A DNA stretch of 64,000 nucleotides, taken from positions 1 through 64,000 of the forward strand of contig JAUCBJ010001224.1 of NCBI GenBank assembly GCA_032718475.1. The letters are read 5' to 3'. Positions 27,111 to 39,731 of this stretch are shown in pieces (position 1 is the first letter of the stretch; each line of letters starts with the position of its first letter). The position numbers and the translations under genes were made by a program. The DNA is from Nemertoderma westbladi. Lineage: Eukaryota > Animalia > Xenacoelomorpha. Under the pieces are notes generated by a model. That model did not search any database. It had not been told where the DNA came from and saw only the letters and a program-made list of their open reading frames with translations.

Positions 27111-28347
27111 ATTAACACCGGCAGTAACCGGTTATTGGTCAGTCTAACAAACCTATATTAATCATATTTACATGTGTACAACGCAAAGGGTGTAATTAGG
27201 GGTCAACTTCATATTGACCCCACACCGGGTTTTTAAAGGGCCACATTTGGATGGAAAATTCAGTCACAACCAGCCTTGTAGATGGCCGCCTCAGCCGCTA
27301 ATATTGGCTCTGCTCTTCGGTATCGGACGTATACTTTGATCCATTGCCACAGTTCCCCTGGCGCCGGGGTGCGTGGTGTTTGGGCTCGCAGGTAAGGCTC
27401 CCACTGAGGACTGAGCTTTCGCAAAACAGCCCCAGAGCGCTAGCGCACTCTGTCCACTGGCTGCTTGCTTCGTCACAGGATCGACCATTCAGATTAGAGG
27501 GCAAAGTAGCAACGTTCTCCGTAGGCTTTGTCTCTGTCAGTTACGGTGGTGCTTGTGCACTCTGTCCGCTGGCTATACGGTTCGTCCCAGGCTCGCCAGG
27601 ACCGACGGTATAGTTTTGAGGGCAAAGTAACAACTAACCATTTCCGTGTAATCGGTCCCACCCCTGTTTGGATTCTGATGGTAACGTGGTGTTCTGCACT
27701 ATCACCAAGTTCCAATAGCGTGAAGCTCCATCAAGTTTGTTACGTCTTTTTACTACAACATAGACCTTTTCAAGATTTTGTATTATATTTTTTCAGAGTA
27801 TTTTTAGCATAACGAAACTACTAAAAATACTGTATTTTCTGTATATTTTCGAGAAATATTTTTCAATTATATTATTTTTGAGGCTATGCTTTGTATCCCT
27901 ACAGACCCAAAGCACCCCTCACCCTGTTTCTTCTTTTCCTATCCCAGAGGTTTTTCTATGGTGTTACAGTACACTATTTTTATATGCCAGAAGGGAGCAA
28001 TATACCATCTTGGAAAGAACATAGGCTAAGCGAGATACGTCATTAATTTAGGTTTTTGCCCATAAATACCGATCTAAACCATTGTTGTTTTTTTTTTGAA
28101 GTAGTTGGTTGAGTAGTCATTCAGAAAAATTCTCTCAAAAATCTCGTCGTGGGGAATTTTTTTTACAGACACTTAAACATAGCAACGGAGACCTTTTGCA
28201 TAACTACGTCTATCATGTAATAGCTGTCGCTTCGAAATTATAGCTGATCAGTGTATCAGATGTAACTAATTTACTGGTGAATAATAATTTTTTTTCGACC
28301 ATAGCAACCAGGTCAAAAATGACTTCAAAGTTAGCAACTTTTACAAT

Positions 28348-30867
28348 GTGCATAGCAACACATACACATACCTGGACAACATCGATTTCTCCATGCCCGA
28401 ACTGGACGTCCCGAAAGTATCTCTCATATCCGGCATGGACTGCCTGACGGCCCACGGGAGACGGGCGGTGTTCGGAGAGGATGGGGGGCGAGGCCCGATG
28501 GCGATTCTCACGCCATTTGGATGGACACTCAGCGGCCCAATCAAGTCTAGAATTCCGTTCAGCATGTCGGAATCCTCAGGGTGCATGTTCGCGGGCACAA
28601 TGAGAGGAATGGAAGATGAAAGAGCAGAGGAGAAACCAAAGACGGGCGATAGGGGGTCCCATATGGGAAACGGCCCGAGGGAGATCACCAGGAGTCGGGG
28701 ATGGGTATGGATCAGGAACCACGCATTGTGGAGCGTGGTAAAAGGGTGGAGGACAGAGAAATACCGCCGAGAGATGAGTCAGGAGGAGAAACAACAGCAA
28801 GAGAGTGGGAGGAGGAAAATGGGTTCGATGCAGAGGACCTAGAGGCGATGGGATGGGACATTGATGTTCCTGGTGAGTATCGGTATGGGGACGGGGAAGA
28901 GTGGACGGTGAGATATCCGGAGAGGTGTCTGGAACAGACGCCGGTCCAGTTGAGAAGCATGGAGATGGGGAGATGGGGAGGAGGTCGAGTAGGAGGACAG
29001 AGTGGAAGGGGAGAGGGCGTAAGAAGATTAGACCAAGGGCGGAGAAGCCCATGATTAATCGTGACAAAGGAGGCAGGAAAGTTGGAGAGGGCGTGTTGTA
29101 CACGCACACGGGGCTGGCAAAGTGCGAGGGGGCATTGAATGGTAGACCATTATGCGTACCGAAGAATGACCGAGGGTCATCGGGGGCTTTAACGCCGGCA
29201 CACATATTGAGGGGGAGGCCAGCAAAGTTGGCATATACCAGTGAAGATGACAAGAAGGGCGGCATTCTACCGCTAAGTGAGGACGAGATGAAGGGTGGCA
29301 TTTTGCCACTAGGGGACGACGATGAGGAGTTCTGTGGGGCGGAGGAGAGACCCGATTTTAGGATGGAGGAGAAGGGAAGGTCAGATCCAAGAGAGTTGGA
29401 ACTGATGGAGGAGAAGGGAAGGTCAGATCCAAGAGAGTTGGAACTGACAGGAAGTTCAGATCCAAGAGAGTTGGAACTGACAAGTAGAGTGGGACGAAGA
29501 GTAAGAGGACCTATAGGGGGGCAGTGGGAGAGTTGCCTGCTGCAAGAATCACCCCTTGGTTGTTGAGTCGTCCAATAAGTTGGACTGAGGGGAGTGGGAA
29601 TGAGGGCGATACACCCTTCCCACAGATAAATAATATAAAATAATATATAAAAAAAATAATATGAGTAGGTACAATTACGTATGTCTGATGGGTATATAAT
29701 GTACAAATACATATGTAGTAACATATGGTACAACCTACCAATGTACAGTAATTTATGCACGCTGGGTCAATGGGACCAAATACCGAATCAACGGGAATAA
29801 TGACTAGAATAGTAGGACGAGACTTTAGACGGATCTCACTGACATGATGTACACATGCGTGGGACCCAATGAGAGTGAGGAGAGTGGCAGCGGGGAAGTA
29901 TGGGAAGGAGGTGTTGACATGTGAGGGAATGAAGGAGTGCAATTCAAGAGTGGGGAGCGAGCACGGAGGAGAACGAGTCCAAAGGGACTGGTGAGATAGG
30001 AAGGGACAGTGAGGTCCGTGAGGAAGATTAGAGGAAGGTTAGAGGAAAATTGTGTGGAGAGTGAGCACAATGGACCCAAACAGAGACACCAGATACCTTG
30101 GTGCAACATAGCTCACGATTGCACCAAGTATGGGTAGTAACAACAGACCCATGAGGGCGGTCTGGAAAGCCGGCCCCGAAAAGAGAACTCCACCCCACAC
30201 CCAATATTAGATTGGGTTCCAGCGGAATTGAAGCGCACTTGAGGTTGATGCTATCTTCTCACCGGGAAGATAGCATGGGGGGGGAGTGTAAGCGGATTCA
30301 ATCCCCTTATATTACCCACCCGAAAATGGGACCAGTGGCATTTTACCAATATAGTTGGCGATACGAGATTACCAATAATAATCTCGCCTCATAACCATCT
30401 CGGGGGGCGACATGCGCCCCAAGCCACAGAGAAAGGTGAGAGGTCAAACCACCTCAGAGGGAGAACCCAGCTAGTCGAGGCTAGCAGCAGGGGGTATCAC
30501 CTACAGGGAGTGCCAAAGTGACAATTAGTATATAAGCCAATAAAGGGTAGGGGAGCACGTGGGGAAAGATAGGAAATCATCCATTGGGTAGCAAAGGCCA
30601 AAGTAGAGTAGAGGTGAAACCAATATGTATGTGTATCAATCATATAGTTATCCTAATTAATCACACAGTTAGGGACCGGCAATAGTTTAGACTGTCATTT
30701 CATATACTGGTGTCATCATTCTGTATTACAATTTCTACGATTATTTGTTTTACATACTGTGCTATTATCATTGGAACATTAACAACGAGAAACACAAACG
30801 TTATTTTCCCGACGGCCTTCGGCCATTGATACTAGTTCAGCAGCCCAGCAGCGAAGTGACGCTTACA
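28348..30867 (+). mobile_element. Internally deleted BEL/Pao LTR retrotransposon remnant with 3' LTR
   Basis: GPMAILTPFGWTLSGP (post-protease BEL motif); CEGALNGRPL...LTPAHILRGRP (BEL integrase); hairpin + GGGGGGGGAG PPT at ~30248-30286. Confidence 0.7.
30287..30867 (+). repeat. LTR (581 bp)
   Basis: 8-bp inverted termini TGTAAGCG...CGCTTACA directly after a polypurine tract. Confidence 0.75.
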
Positions 30868-31254
30868 ACCTAACCCGGACGGGATCATTGAACTCAATCC
30901 CGTCATATAAAACGTAGTATTAAATTGCACAACAAATTATATAAATTAGAACCTGAATACAAACTATCATTTAGACTTTGGTTATGACTGCTGGTTCGAG
31001 TGAAATACAATAACTCTCAGGGGCGTTGAGTCGAATCTGGATTTAAATAAACCCTCCTGTTGAGTTGAGTAAGTTATCGAATCAATTAATGTTTTATTCT
31101 GAGCTCGGAGTTGGGCTACAGAGGGTAGAGTGGTCAGTTTAAGCCTACATACTTAGTTCTAATTGTAGTTACACATTGTTCTCTAAAAATGGGCTCTAAA
31201 AACATTGTTACACAATAATATTGTATGACAAATTCGCTTTAAGAATGAACGTAC

Positions 31255-31380
31255 CGTGGCTGTGTCTCTTTCAACCAATTCTTCTGAGTCCCGACTGTTT
31301 TCTCCAAGGCACTCAACAACTAAAAGAGCTGCCAGGAGTAGAGACGTTAACAGGAGTAGAGACGACATTGCCTTTAACAT
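31255..31380 (-). CDS. Probable signal-peptide first exon of the FReD gene
   Basis: MLKAMSSLLLLTSLLLAALLVVECLG...; 42 codons ending at ACG|GTACGT donor, phase 0, compatible with the exon starting at 25973. Confidence 0.65.
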
Positions 31381-32599
31381 TGTAGAGTTACAGTAAACGA
31401 TTTTATCTTCACGAAGGAAAATACAAACTTCTGTGATTGAATTTAGGGTAAACTCTACCTTCTGTATTATACAGTACAGTATATATTTATACAAAGTAAT
31501 ACATGTGCATTAAAGCAAGTGTACACGTGGCAACTTTTTTGTTCGACAACCTGAGTTTTTCATAAACTTGCTGAGAAAGTTGCCACGTTCCGTCCGTTAG
31601 TAACGGGTATTACATCATAGTGAATGCAAAGTAGCGCATGTTACTAAATGGAGCAGGTTATATGAATAAATAATTGGTGTTTATGAAAAAAAAAGAAACG
31701 AGACTAAGGACACCACGTACTTTCCTACTAAAAAATGTGCCAGCCGTCACATAATCCACGGACAGTGGCTTCGGCGTACCAGTTAAAGAAAGTGGAATCA
31801 ATATATATGAATAAATAGTTGAAGTAGTACTTCGTGTAGTCATGCTGTAGACAGCAGAATAACTGTATATGGGGCAAGGCAATATATGACCCACAGGATT
31901 CTCTCTCTTGGCTGTTACCATAAATCCGTCTAGACATAGACGGATAATGAAGCCAATTAGAGTTAAAGAATAAAATACAAATTTAATATATATTTTGAAA
32001 GATATTCAAATTTACAGGCCTCATGCAACAACAGGTTCAACGAAAGTTACAAGAAACGTTCTAAGCAATCAGAACAGGCACTATGACAAATACAGTATGA
32101 AACCTGTACTGAACGTTAATGAAGATACATTAGCGAAATGTACAAAGCAATGTCAAATTAGTTAGTATCAAGGACAAATATACGCAAGGACAGGCGAAAT
32201 GAAGGACTTGATCAAAACAATCAAAAGTAATCTTAAAGCCTATCTATCTATAGACTTAAAGTAAAGCTATTTTTATTATACTTCAAATTCACAAATTGTT
32301 AAAAAAAAACATAATGAAATGAAATTCAAGACACTGAAAGATTAACTTTAAATATAATGAGTATTATGAAACTGAAAAATATGGAACTTTAATTAATAAA
32401 TCATATTATAATAATAAATATTAATATTTATTATCTTATTATTTAATATTTAATATTTAATATTGTTACATTAATATTATTAATAGCAATATAAATATTA
32501 CTTCATGTGTGGAAATGCTATATCTTTATAGTATGCTACAACGTGGTCATTACTAATGACCACATATTAGTGCCTCAAATCATGTCTTAACCCCAAACG

Positions 32600-33900
32600 A
32601 GCCCCCCCCCCCCCCCCCTCCCGTCTTCAGGTGCCATTCGAGTAGTAGTGCGCACCAAGTGAACTCAGTATCGTTAACAATTGGTATAAAGTGTGGGTGT
32701 GCAACAGTTTTGATTCAAATTCCGAAGAAATCCAGTAGGCACTGGTGCTTCGTTGAAAAGCTGCAATTGATGCTGTAACAGTCATTTATGAATTTAGCCT
32801 GTTCTTCAGTTGTATGACTTGGTTTTAGAGGTTGCAGGCGCTTCTTCAAGTTTCCTTTGTGGTAGCGGTAGTTGAGCAGAGAAGATAGGGATGGGAGGCC
32901 ATGTTCTAGGGCTGCATCCTTGAAAGTACTGCTGAGGCCCATGTACTTGTGGTTTGAACAAGAGTTTGACAGAAGGTTTACTCGTAGACTCAGTTGCAAA
33001 CTGAAGTTTGGACATTTTATAACCCTGTGAATAGTTCCAAGACACGCAACGAAAGATAGTGTTGTTATCGGTGATGTTTTGAAGAGAGTATAAATGCAGT
33101 CATTAGATACATAATTTGGGACGTGGAGTAGACCCCGTAGTATTTTCCTGTAGTGGGAATCGACCCGTCTTTGATCATTAATGGACATTGCGCCAATACC
33201 AAGGCCTTGAGAGTGAATGTATGAAGGGATTGCAATCGATTTCCTGAGTTGTGCAATGACTTAAATAGAGTAATGTTTTGCAGTCCAGCCATTGTTGTGG
33301 AATCGTTAGATATCGCCAGATAGTATAGTGAGATTGCGAATACAGTCACCCCGTGGTTTTATAGTCTGATCTTAAGTTTACGCCTAGGAAGCAGACGGAT
33401 TTAGAGTCTGGCACTAATGTTCCTCCAATGTTAAGTACAATTGGCATACTTTCAGAGGTGGCAGCTTTAAATACGGTCCATTTACTTTTAGAGGGGACGA
33501 GTTCCAGCTATAATCAGTTCGTCATACTGGCAATGACTTTGTCTATTCTCTCCAAATCCTGCCGGGAATTGGCAAGTACTATGGTATCATCTGAATAATT
33601 GATAACATGTATCATTGGCCATCTGTTTTTACCTGAATCCATGGGGCATAGAGTGTCGTAGATAGGTTGTGTGAAGAAATTGAAGATATATGGGGAGATG
33701 AGGGATCCTTGTTTAACTCCTATATTCACTTTGAAGCCATCAATATCTACACTGTTATCCATACATATAAACATTAGTCCTAGTCTGTAGTAGCTGAAGA
33801 GGACCCTACATATGAAGGGGTTTATGACCTCCAGTAATCGACTGCATAGTAGATGGTGATCTACAGAATCGAAGGCTGCCGCTATGTCAACCTGGCAGAC
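32600..33900 (-). mobile_element. LINE RT fragment (degenerate)
   Basis: VDIAAAFDSVDHHLL, GVKQGSLISPYIF and YSDD motifs. Confidence 0.8.
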
Positions 33901-33902
33901 AA

Positions 33903-35148
33903 CTACTACTAGGATCGGCATGCTGCATTGCAGCAGCATTTTTAAGAATGCTGTGCCGGCTTGTCAACAAAATTGCACCGCCACAACTCCCTATCACCCA
34001 TGACATTTGCTAGATCATCCGCATCTTCAAGGCCAGTGTCCTTTAAGATGCGTCTCAAGAAAGTCATGGGCTGTCCACCATGCTTATTCACTCCATGAGG
34101 CTGCCAAAGTACAAGATTATGCACTGGCTGGTCCTCACGGCGAAAGCAATGTCCTGCAAAGCGGAGGCGATTTTGTTCTAGATTTTGTTCAACGTATATA
34201 TGCCACAGATTTCTATGGCAGCCAACTATGGGATCTATGGTCTAATGAAGCTCAACGCATTATTAAATCATGGAACATTAACACTAGATTAGTTTGGGGT
34301 TTACCGGTTAATGCACATCGCTATATTGTGGAAGGTTTGGTGCATTTCTCATATCCGTTTTCAATGGTGTGTGGTAGATTTGTACAGTTCGCTAATAAGC
34401 TGTTACATAGTTCCAAACCATCGATTCGTTTTCTAGCCAATCTGTCATTTTTTGACTGTAGGTCGGTTTCAGGTAAAAATTTAAGACAGATATCACGTAC
34501 TTGTAATAATGGTTGCTTATCTAATCTAACAGTTAAATTGTGTAATAAATTTAGGTGGTACGTAGATGATTCTCGTGTGTCGGATATTAACATTTGTAGG
34601 GAAATTGTAGACTGTAGGTATAATTTAATCGAGATACCTGGTTTCACCCAGTATGAGTTAGAACAAATTTTTATTAATGTTTGTGTAAATTAAATATATA
34701 TATATACGTGGGCCTGAAAATTACTCTTATGTATAGTATTACATATTTATTATTCCTCTATCTATATTTTACAGTAGGTCTTGTTTGTGCTATATATATA
34801 TATATATACTATATACTTGTATTCGAATCTATTACCGGTATCTGTACCCCGCAACTGGGAGTATGAATATAATTAATAATAATAATAATATTGTGACTGG
34901 TTGGAGATGTGTGCATTGAACTTGACACAATGAACCCGGCGTAGCATTCTTGTGAATGTGCCATCCAGAGATTTGGTGTCCTCAGCAGTTAGAGCCCAGC
35001 ATGGACTCCCATAGAGGAGTACTGGAACTACTGCTGCTCTAAATAACCGGACCTTAAGTTTCCGATTAATTCTCTCCAATCCTCCAATGTTATATAGTGT
35101 CTAGTTGGTGATGTGTGCATTGTACTTGACACAATGAACCCGGCGTAG
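33903..35148 (-). mobile_element. Inverted 3'-end fragments of the RTE family at 35150-37475, interrupted by another LINE end
   Basis: 33903-34182 is the reverse complement of ~37185-37470 including the (TAG)n tail; 34890-35075 of ~36960-37145; 35081-35148 of ~37090-37157. Confidence 0.85.
34183..34890 (+). mobile_element. 3' end of a different LINE with (TAA)n tail
   Basis: FYGSQLWDL...SWN..TR.VWGLP..AHRY C-terminal LINE motif; (aat)n tail at ~34870-34890. Confidence 0.7.
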
Positions 35149-35149
35149 T

Positions 35150-37475
35150 AAGACGCCGGAAGTACAAGACTGTAATGCATTTACACTTCGACCCTTCTCC
35201 AGTGATCACCGCCTTATTGTGGCCAAGGTAAGACTTAGTCTGCGTGCTAGCAGAACAACGAAATCTGCCTTGCCGCGGCATGACTGGTCCTCTCTGTTGC
35301 AACAGCCAAGTGTGAGATCCAGCTTCACACTACAGCTGAGCAACAGGTATGAGGCTCTTGCCTCTGAGGCGGCAGATCACTGTGAGGGCTATACTGCCTT
35401 CACAGAGGCAGCTAAGTTAGCAGCTGCATAAAAAGTTCCTGTATACCCTCGAAACAGGAAACGGGCCCCCTGGACTGACAACAAAATTCAGAAGTGCCGA
35501 AATTACCTCTACAAGGCGCAGAAGGAGAGTCCCGACGCAAACAGACTACAGCGGCCAAGAATGCAGTTAAGGCTGCATCTAGGTCCCTGAACAGGCAGTA
35601 CTCGGTTAATTTACAGGAGCTAATAAACCAACAGGTTGATGCCATCAATGATGCTGACGACAGCAGGCAATCATCCCAGGCATGGAGATCGATCAACTTG
35701 CTTGCTGGTCGAAAAAGCCAACCTACCACCAAGGTTAAGGCTGAATCACCAGCCGATCGCCTCAATGGTTGGAAGGCCCACTTTGAAAAGCTCCTCAATA
35801 ATGACAGGGTATTGCCTGATAACTTTATAGAAGTAAAAGTGTCTGAGTCTGTACTCCCAGATATTCCCATTGGTGATATCTCCTTTGCAGAAGTGAAGGC
35901 TGCTGCAAAGAGCATTAAGACCAATCGTGCCAGTGGAGTAGATGGTGTTCCCCCTGAGGTCTTTAAAATACCTGAGTGTTTAAAGCTCATCTATCCCATC
36001 ATAGTAGACATGTACCGTACAACAAGAGTCCCACAAGAAATGAAAACAAATAAGTTGGTGCCAGTTCCCAAGAAGGGCAACCTAACACTCTATGGTTCCT
36101 TTCGGGGAATCTCATTGATCTCAATTGCTGCAAAGCTATACAATAGAATTCTATTAAATCGCATCAGAGATCCCATTGAGAGACTGCTCCGTGGAAATCA
36201 GAATGGGTTCCGTAAAGGTCGTGGGACCATGAAGCCCATTTTGGCACTTAGAAGGATAATTGAAGAATTATCAAAAAAGGAAGACAGGCATCTGGCTGTT
36301 ATCTTTGTTGACTTCTTCAAGGCCTTTGATTCAGTCTCTCGCTCACATGTGTTCAGCATACTTTCATTATATGGGATTCCTGATGAAATTATTGCAGCAA
36401 TCAGATCAGTATACGATGGTTCGACAACATTTGTGTCTACTGTTGACGGTGACACAGAACCATTTGAAGTGTTATGGGGCGACACACTCCAGGGAGACAC
36501 ACTTGCACCATTCTTGTTCATAATTGTTGTTGACTATGTTCTACGCATGTCCTTAGATCATCATAATGATGATGGGGTGATGATAACTCCACCTACTGGC
36601 TCCAGAAGTCGAGGAAATCCTGCCAAGTACCTAACTGATCTAGACTTTGCTGATGACTTAGGAGTACTCTCAGAATCACTAGAGGGAGCCAAACGGCTCC
36701 TCAGCTCATTAGAACATGCTGCTTCTAGTGTTGGTCTTTTTATTAACTCCATAAAGACCAAAATATTGACAGTTAACTTTGAAAGTCCTCAGCAAGTGTC
36801 TGATCGGATGAGCATAAGCTCAAAAGATGGTATGCTTGAGCATGTGGATGACTTCTGTTACCTGGGATCATGGATCCGGAAGTCAGGTGAGGACCTTCGA
36901 ATACGTAAGGGAAAGGCATGGGCAGCCTTGAATATGCTTTCCAGGATTTGGAAGTCACCGAGAATTAATCGGAAACTTAAGGTCCGGTTATTTAGAGCAG
37001 CAGTAGTTCCAGTACTCCTCTATGGGAGTCCATGCTGGGCTCTAACTGCTGAGGACACCAAATCTCTGGATGGCACATTCACAGGAATGCTACGCCGGGT
37101 TCATTGTGTCAAGTTCAACGCACACATCTCCAACCAGACACAATATAACATTGGAGGTGTCTCATTGGTTCCCCCAAGCTTGACACTAGAACAAAATCGC
37201 CTCCGCTTTGCAGGACATTGCTTTCGCCGTGAAGACCAGCCAGTGCATAATCTTGTACTGTAGTTTGGCAGCCTCATGGAGTGAATAAGCATGGTGGACA
37301 GCCCATGACTTTCTTGAGACGCATCTTAAAGGAGACTGGCCTTGAAGATGCGGATGATCTAGCAAATGTCATGGGTGATAAGGAGTTATGGCGGTGCAAT
37401 TTTGTCGATAAGCCGGCACAGCATTCTTAAAAATGCAGCTGCAATGCAGCGTGCCGATCCTAGTAGTAGTAGTAG
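35150..37475 (+). mobile_element. 5'-truncated RTE-type LINE with near-intact RT and (TAG)n tail
   Basis: SDH end of the AP endonuclease at ~35200; full RT motifs; tail at 37461-37475. Confidence 0.92.
35494..37263 (+). CDS. Non-LTR reverse transcriptase (RTE-like), partial ORF
   Basis: KTNRASGVDG, PVPKKG, FRGISL, QNGFR, VDFFKAFDSV, LQGDTLAP, DLDFADD and YLGS motifs. Confidence 0.9.
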   Translation: MPKLPLQGAEGESRRKQTTAAKNAVKAASRSLNRQYSVNLQELINQQVDAINDADDSRQSSQAWRSINLLAGRKSQPTTKVKAESPADRLNGWKAHFEKLLNNDRVLPDNFIEVKVSESVLPDIPIGDISFAEVKAAAKSIKTNRASGVDGVPPEVFKIPECLKLIYPIIVDMYRTTRVPQEMKTNKLVPVPKKGNLTLYGSFRGISLISIAAKLYNRILLNRIRDPIERLLRGNQNGFRKGRGTMKPILALRRIIEELSKKEDRHLAVIFVDFFKAFDSVSRSHVFSILSLYGIPDEIIAAIRSVYDGSTTFVSTVDGDTEPFEVLWGDTLQGDTLAPFLFIIVVDYVLRMSLDHHNDDGVMITPPTGSRSRGNPAKYLTDLDFADDLGVLSESLEGAKRLLSSLEHAASSVGLFINSIKTKILTVNFESPQQVSDRMSISSKDGMLEHVDDFCYLGSWIRKSGEDLRIRKGKAWAALNMLSRIWKSPRINRKLKVRLFRAAVVPVLLYGSPCWALTAEDTKSLDGTFTGMLRRVHCVKFNAHISNQTQYNIGGVSLVPPSLTLEQNRLRFAGHCFRREDQPVHNLVL

Positions 37476-37759
37476 CAGTACGAGCAGCAATGGCAGGTGT
37501 AATTGGGTTTAATGTTGGTGCAATTTGTGTCTTGTGTTTAGATGGAGGGGATTTCTTTATTATGTGAGTTTGGTTTAGCTTTCTTTGTCCACTGTGGTGA
37601 CTGGTGGTACTGGCAATGTCTGCATATTGACTCTGTGGATGGACAGTTTGCCTTAGGTTATAGCGACATGTATGTTGTGTAATTTTGCCCTGGAATGTGT
37701 AATTAACATCACTACTCATATTATTTGTTGGTATTTTACAGTTATCAATAATATTAAGC

Positions 37760-38290
37760 AGCCAGCTCCTGAAGTCAGATGTATGAGTGTGTTGGGGGAT
37801 GATGGTCTGGGACCCTTGACTAAGTGCCAGTGCATAGGCACAGATGAAAGTTCCGCAATCATTTTTGTTGTTGATTGTATGTTGGCCAGGGTATGGCATT
37901 AACAACATTCCATTGATTTGTACAGCCATTTATTTCTTCAATTGTATTTAGTACCTCACATATTTTCCTGGCATGTTTGGTAGTGACTACTTTGCGTAGT
38001 GAGCAGTATGTGTAGACGGAAAAATCCTGCTTATTAGCAATGTGTAAATAATAATGACCATCATTACATTGTGGAAAAAGTATGAGTGATGATGTTCGAA
38101 CTCGACCATTACTAGTAATGAATCGCAGGGTAGTAGGAGACACATATGGTATATTTTGTAGCTCAATACCGAATTGAGTATTTATAGTTGCTATTTAATC
38201 AGTGTGACGTTCAAGTAGTGTAAAGAAGACGTCAATCACACTAGATGCAATTTCACACCCTGGGTTTAGTGTTAAGAGCGATTTCCACTC
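37760..38290 (-). pseudogene. Ulp1/C48 SUMO-protease-like domain, frameshifted
   Basis: LLTLNPG...SVIDVFF; LILFPQCNDGHYYL...YCSL (His region); NKNDCGTFICAYA (catalytic Cys motif). Confidence 0.65.
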
Positions 38291-38654
38291 AGGTGGATGG
38301 TAGACTCTGTTAATGTTTGGGGTTTTCAAAAGAGCAGCAGATAATGCACTGTAGTCCACTTGATTGTGTTTATAAATTGTGGAGCTTCACTCTTTAGGTG
38401 GTGTGGGTAGTGTCAAATGATATCGCTATCACCCTGAGACTGATTTGGACTATTGACATATACTGTTGAGGGCTGTGCATACTTATTGGCCACTGCAGTT
38501 TCTTGTATTTTAGCATCTTGGTATTCATATCCAATTGTCAGTACCACAGGGTCGCTAGATTCCCTGCATATTGCGGGTATTCCTTTAACTATAGTGGTGT
38601 CATTCGCTTCTCCTCTGACCCAGTGAGAGTCCATCGCAAATCCTCGGACTACAG

Positions 38655-38840
38655 TGGACTCCGGTGATACTCCTACAACCCTAGCAGAGTCCGTCGTGAC
38701 TCCTCCAACCCTGGCAGAGTCCGTCGTTACTCCTCCAACCGCATCGGAGTCAGTCGTTACTACTCCAGCCCTGGCAGAGTCCGTTGTGAATCCTCAGACC
38801 CTGGCACAGTCCGTCGTGACTCCTCCAACCCTGGCATAGT
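38655..38840. repeat. 30-bp minisatellite (~6 units)
   Basis: Unit actcctccaaccctggcagagtccgtcgtg. Confidence 0.85.
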
Positions 38841-39144
38841 CCGACAATTAAAACATAAGTTGATTTGAAGAACAATCCGATACGTTCAATCAGCGCAACA
38901 AAGTCGAAGCGGGAAATAAAAATTACAAACATTGTTGCCAGTTTTATTAAATCAACGGTTGCTTGCATGATGTGGTATCATAGGGTTTCCCCGAAAACCT
39001 TTATTAACAAAGGCCACTAGAAAACAGGCGAGACCAGAAAACTGTGTCTTGAAGAGGTGGTTTTGACAGTTTACCCTCCAGCGCAGAAAATCTTCCTCTT
39101 CTAGTGGACCAATACAATCGTGAGTCACAGTGTAACTATACACT

Positions 39145-39731
39145 TTCCGTAAAGGTCGTGGGACCATGGAGCCTATTTGGCCACCTAGAAGGATAATTGA
39201 AGAGTTATCAAACAAGCTTGTCTGGCTTGCTGTTATCGTTGTTGATTTCTTCCAGGCCTTCGATTCAGCTCTCTCTCTCACTTATTTTCAACATAATTCG
39301 TTTCATTATATGGGAATCCTAATGAAATTATTTCAGCAATCAGATAAGACATTTGTGTCTACTATTGGTAGTGGCACAGATCCTTTCGAAGTGTTATGGT
39401 GAGTCCTCCAGGGAGACACACTTGCTCCATTCTTGTTCATGATTGTGGTTGACTATATTCTACGCAAGTCCTTAGATCATCATAATGATGATGGGGTGAT
39501 GATAACTCCACCTAATGGCTCCAGAAGTCGAGGAAATCGTGCCAAGTACCTAACTGATCTAGACTTTGCTGATGACTTAGGTGTACTCTCAGAATCACTA
39601 GAGGGAGCCAAACAGCTCATTAAAACAACTACTAGTGTTGGTCTTTTTGTTAACTGCAAGAAGACCAAAATTTTGTCAGTTAACTTTGAAATTCCTCAGG
39701 AAAATCTCTGATCGTTTTAGCATAAGCTCAG
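39145..39731 (+). mobile_element. Decayed fragment of the same RTE family (middle of RT)
   Basis: Highly similar to 36208-36820 (DLDFADDLGVLSESLEGAK), with indels. Confidence 0.88.

Noticed and set aside
28576-29760. 394-aa Ser/Pro-rich minus-strand ORF
   Set aside because: Antisense shadow of purine-rich BEL-derived sequence; no domain motifs.
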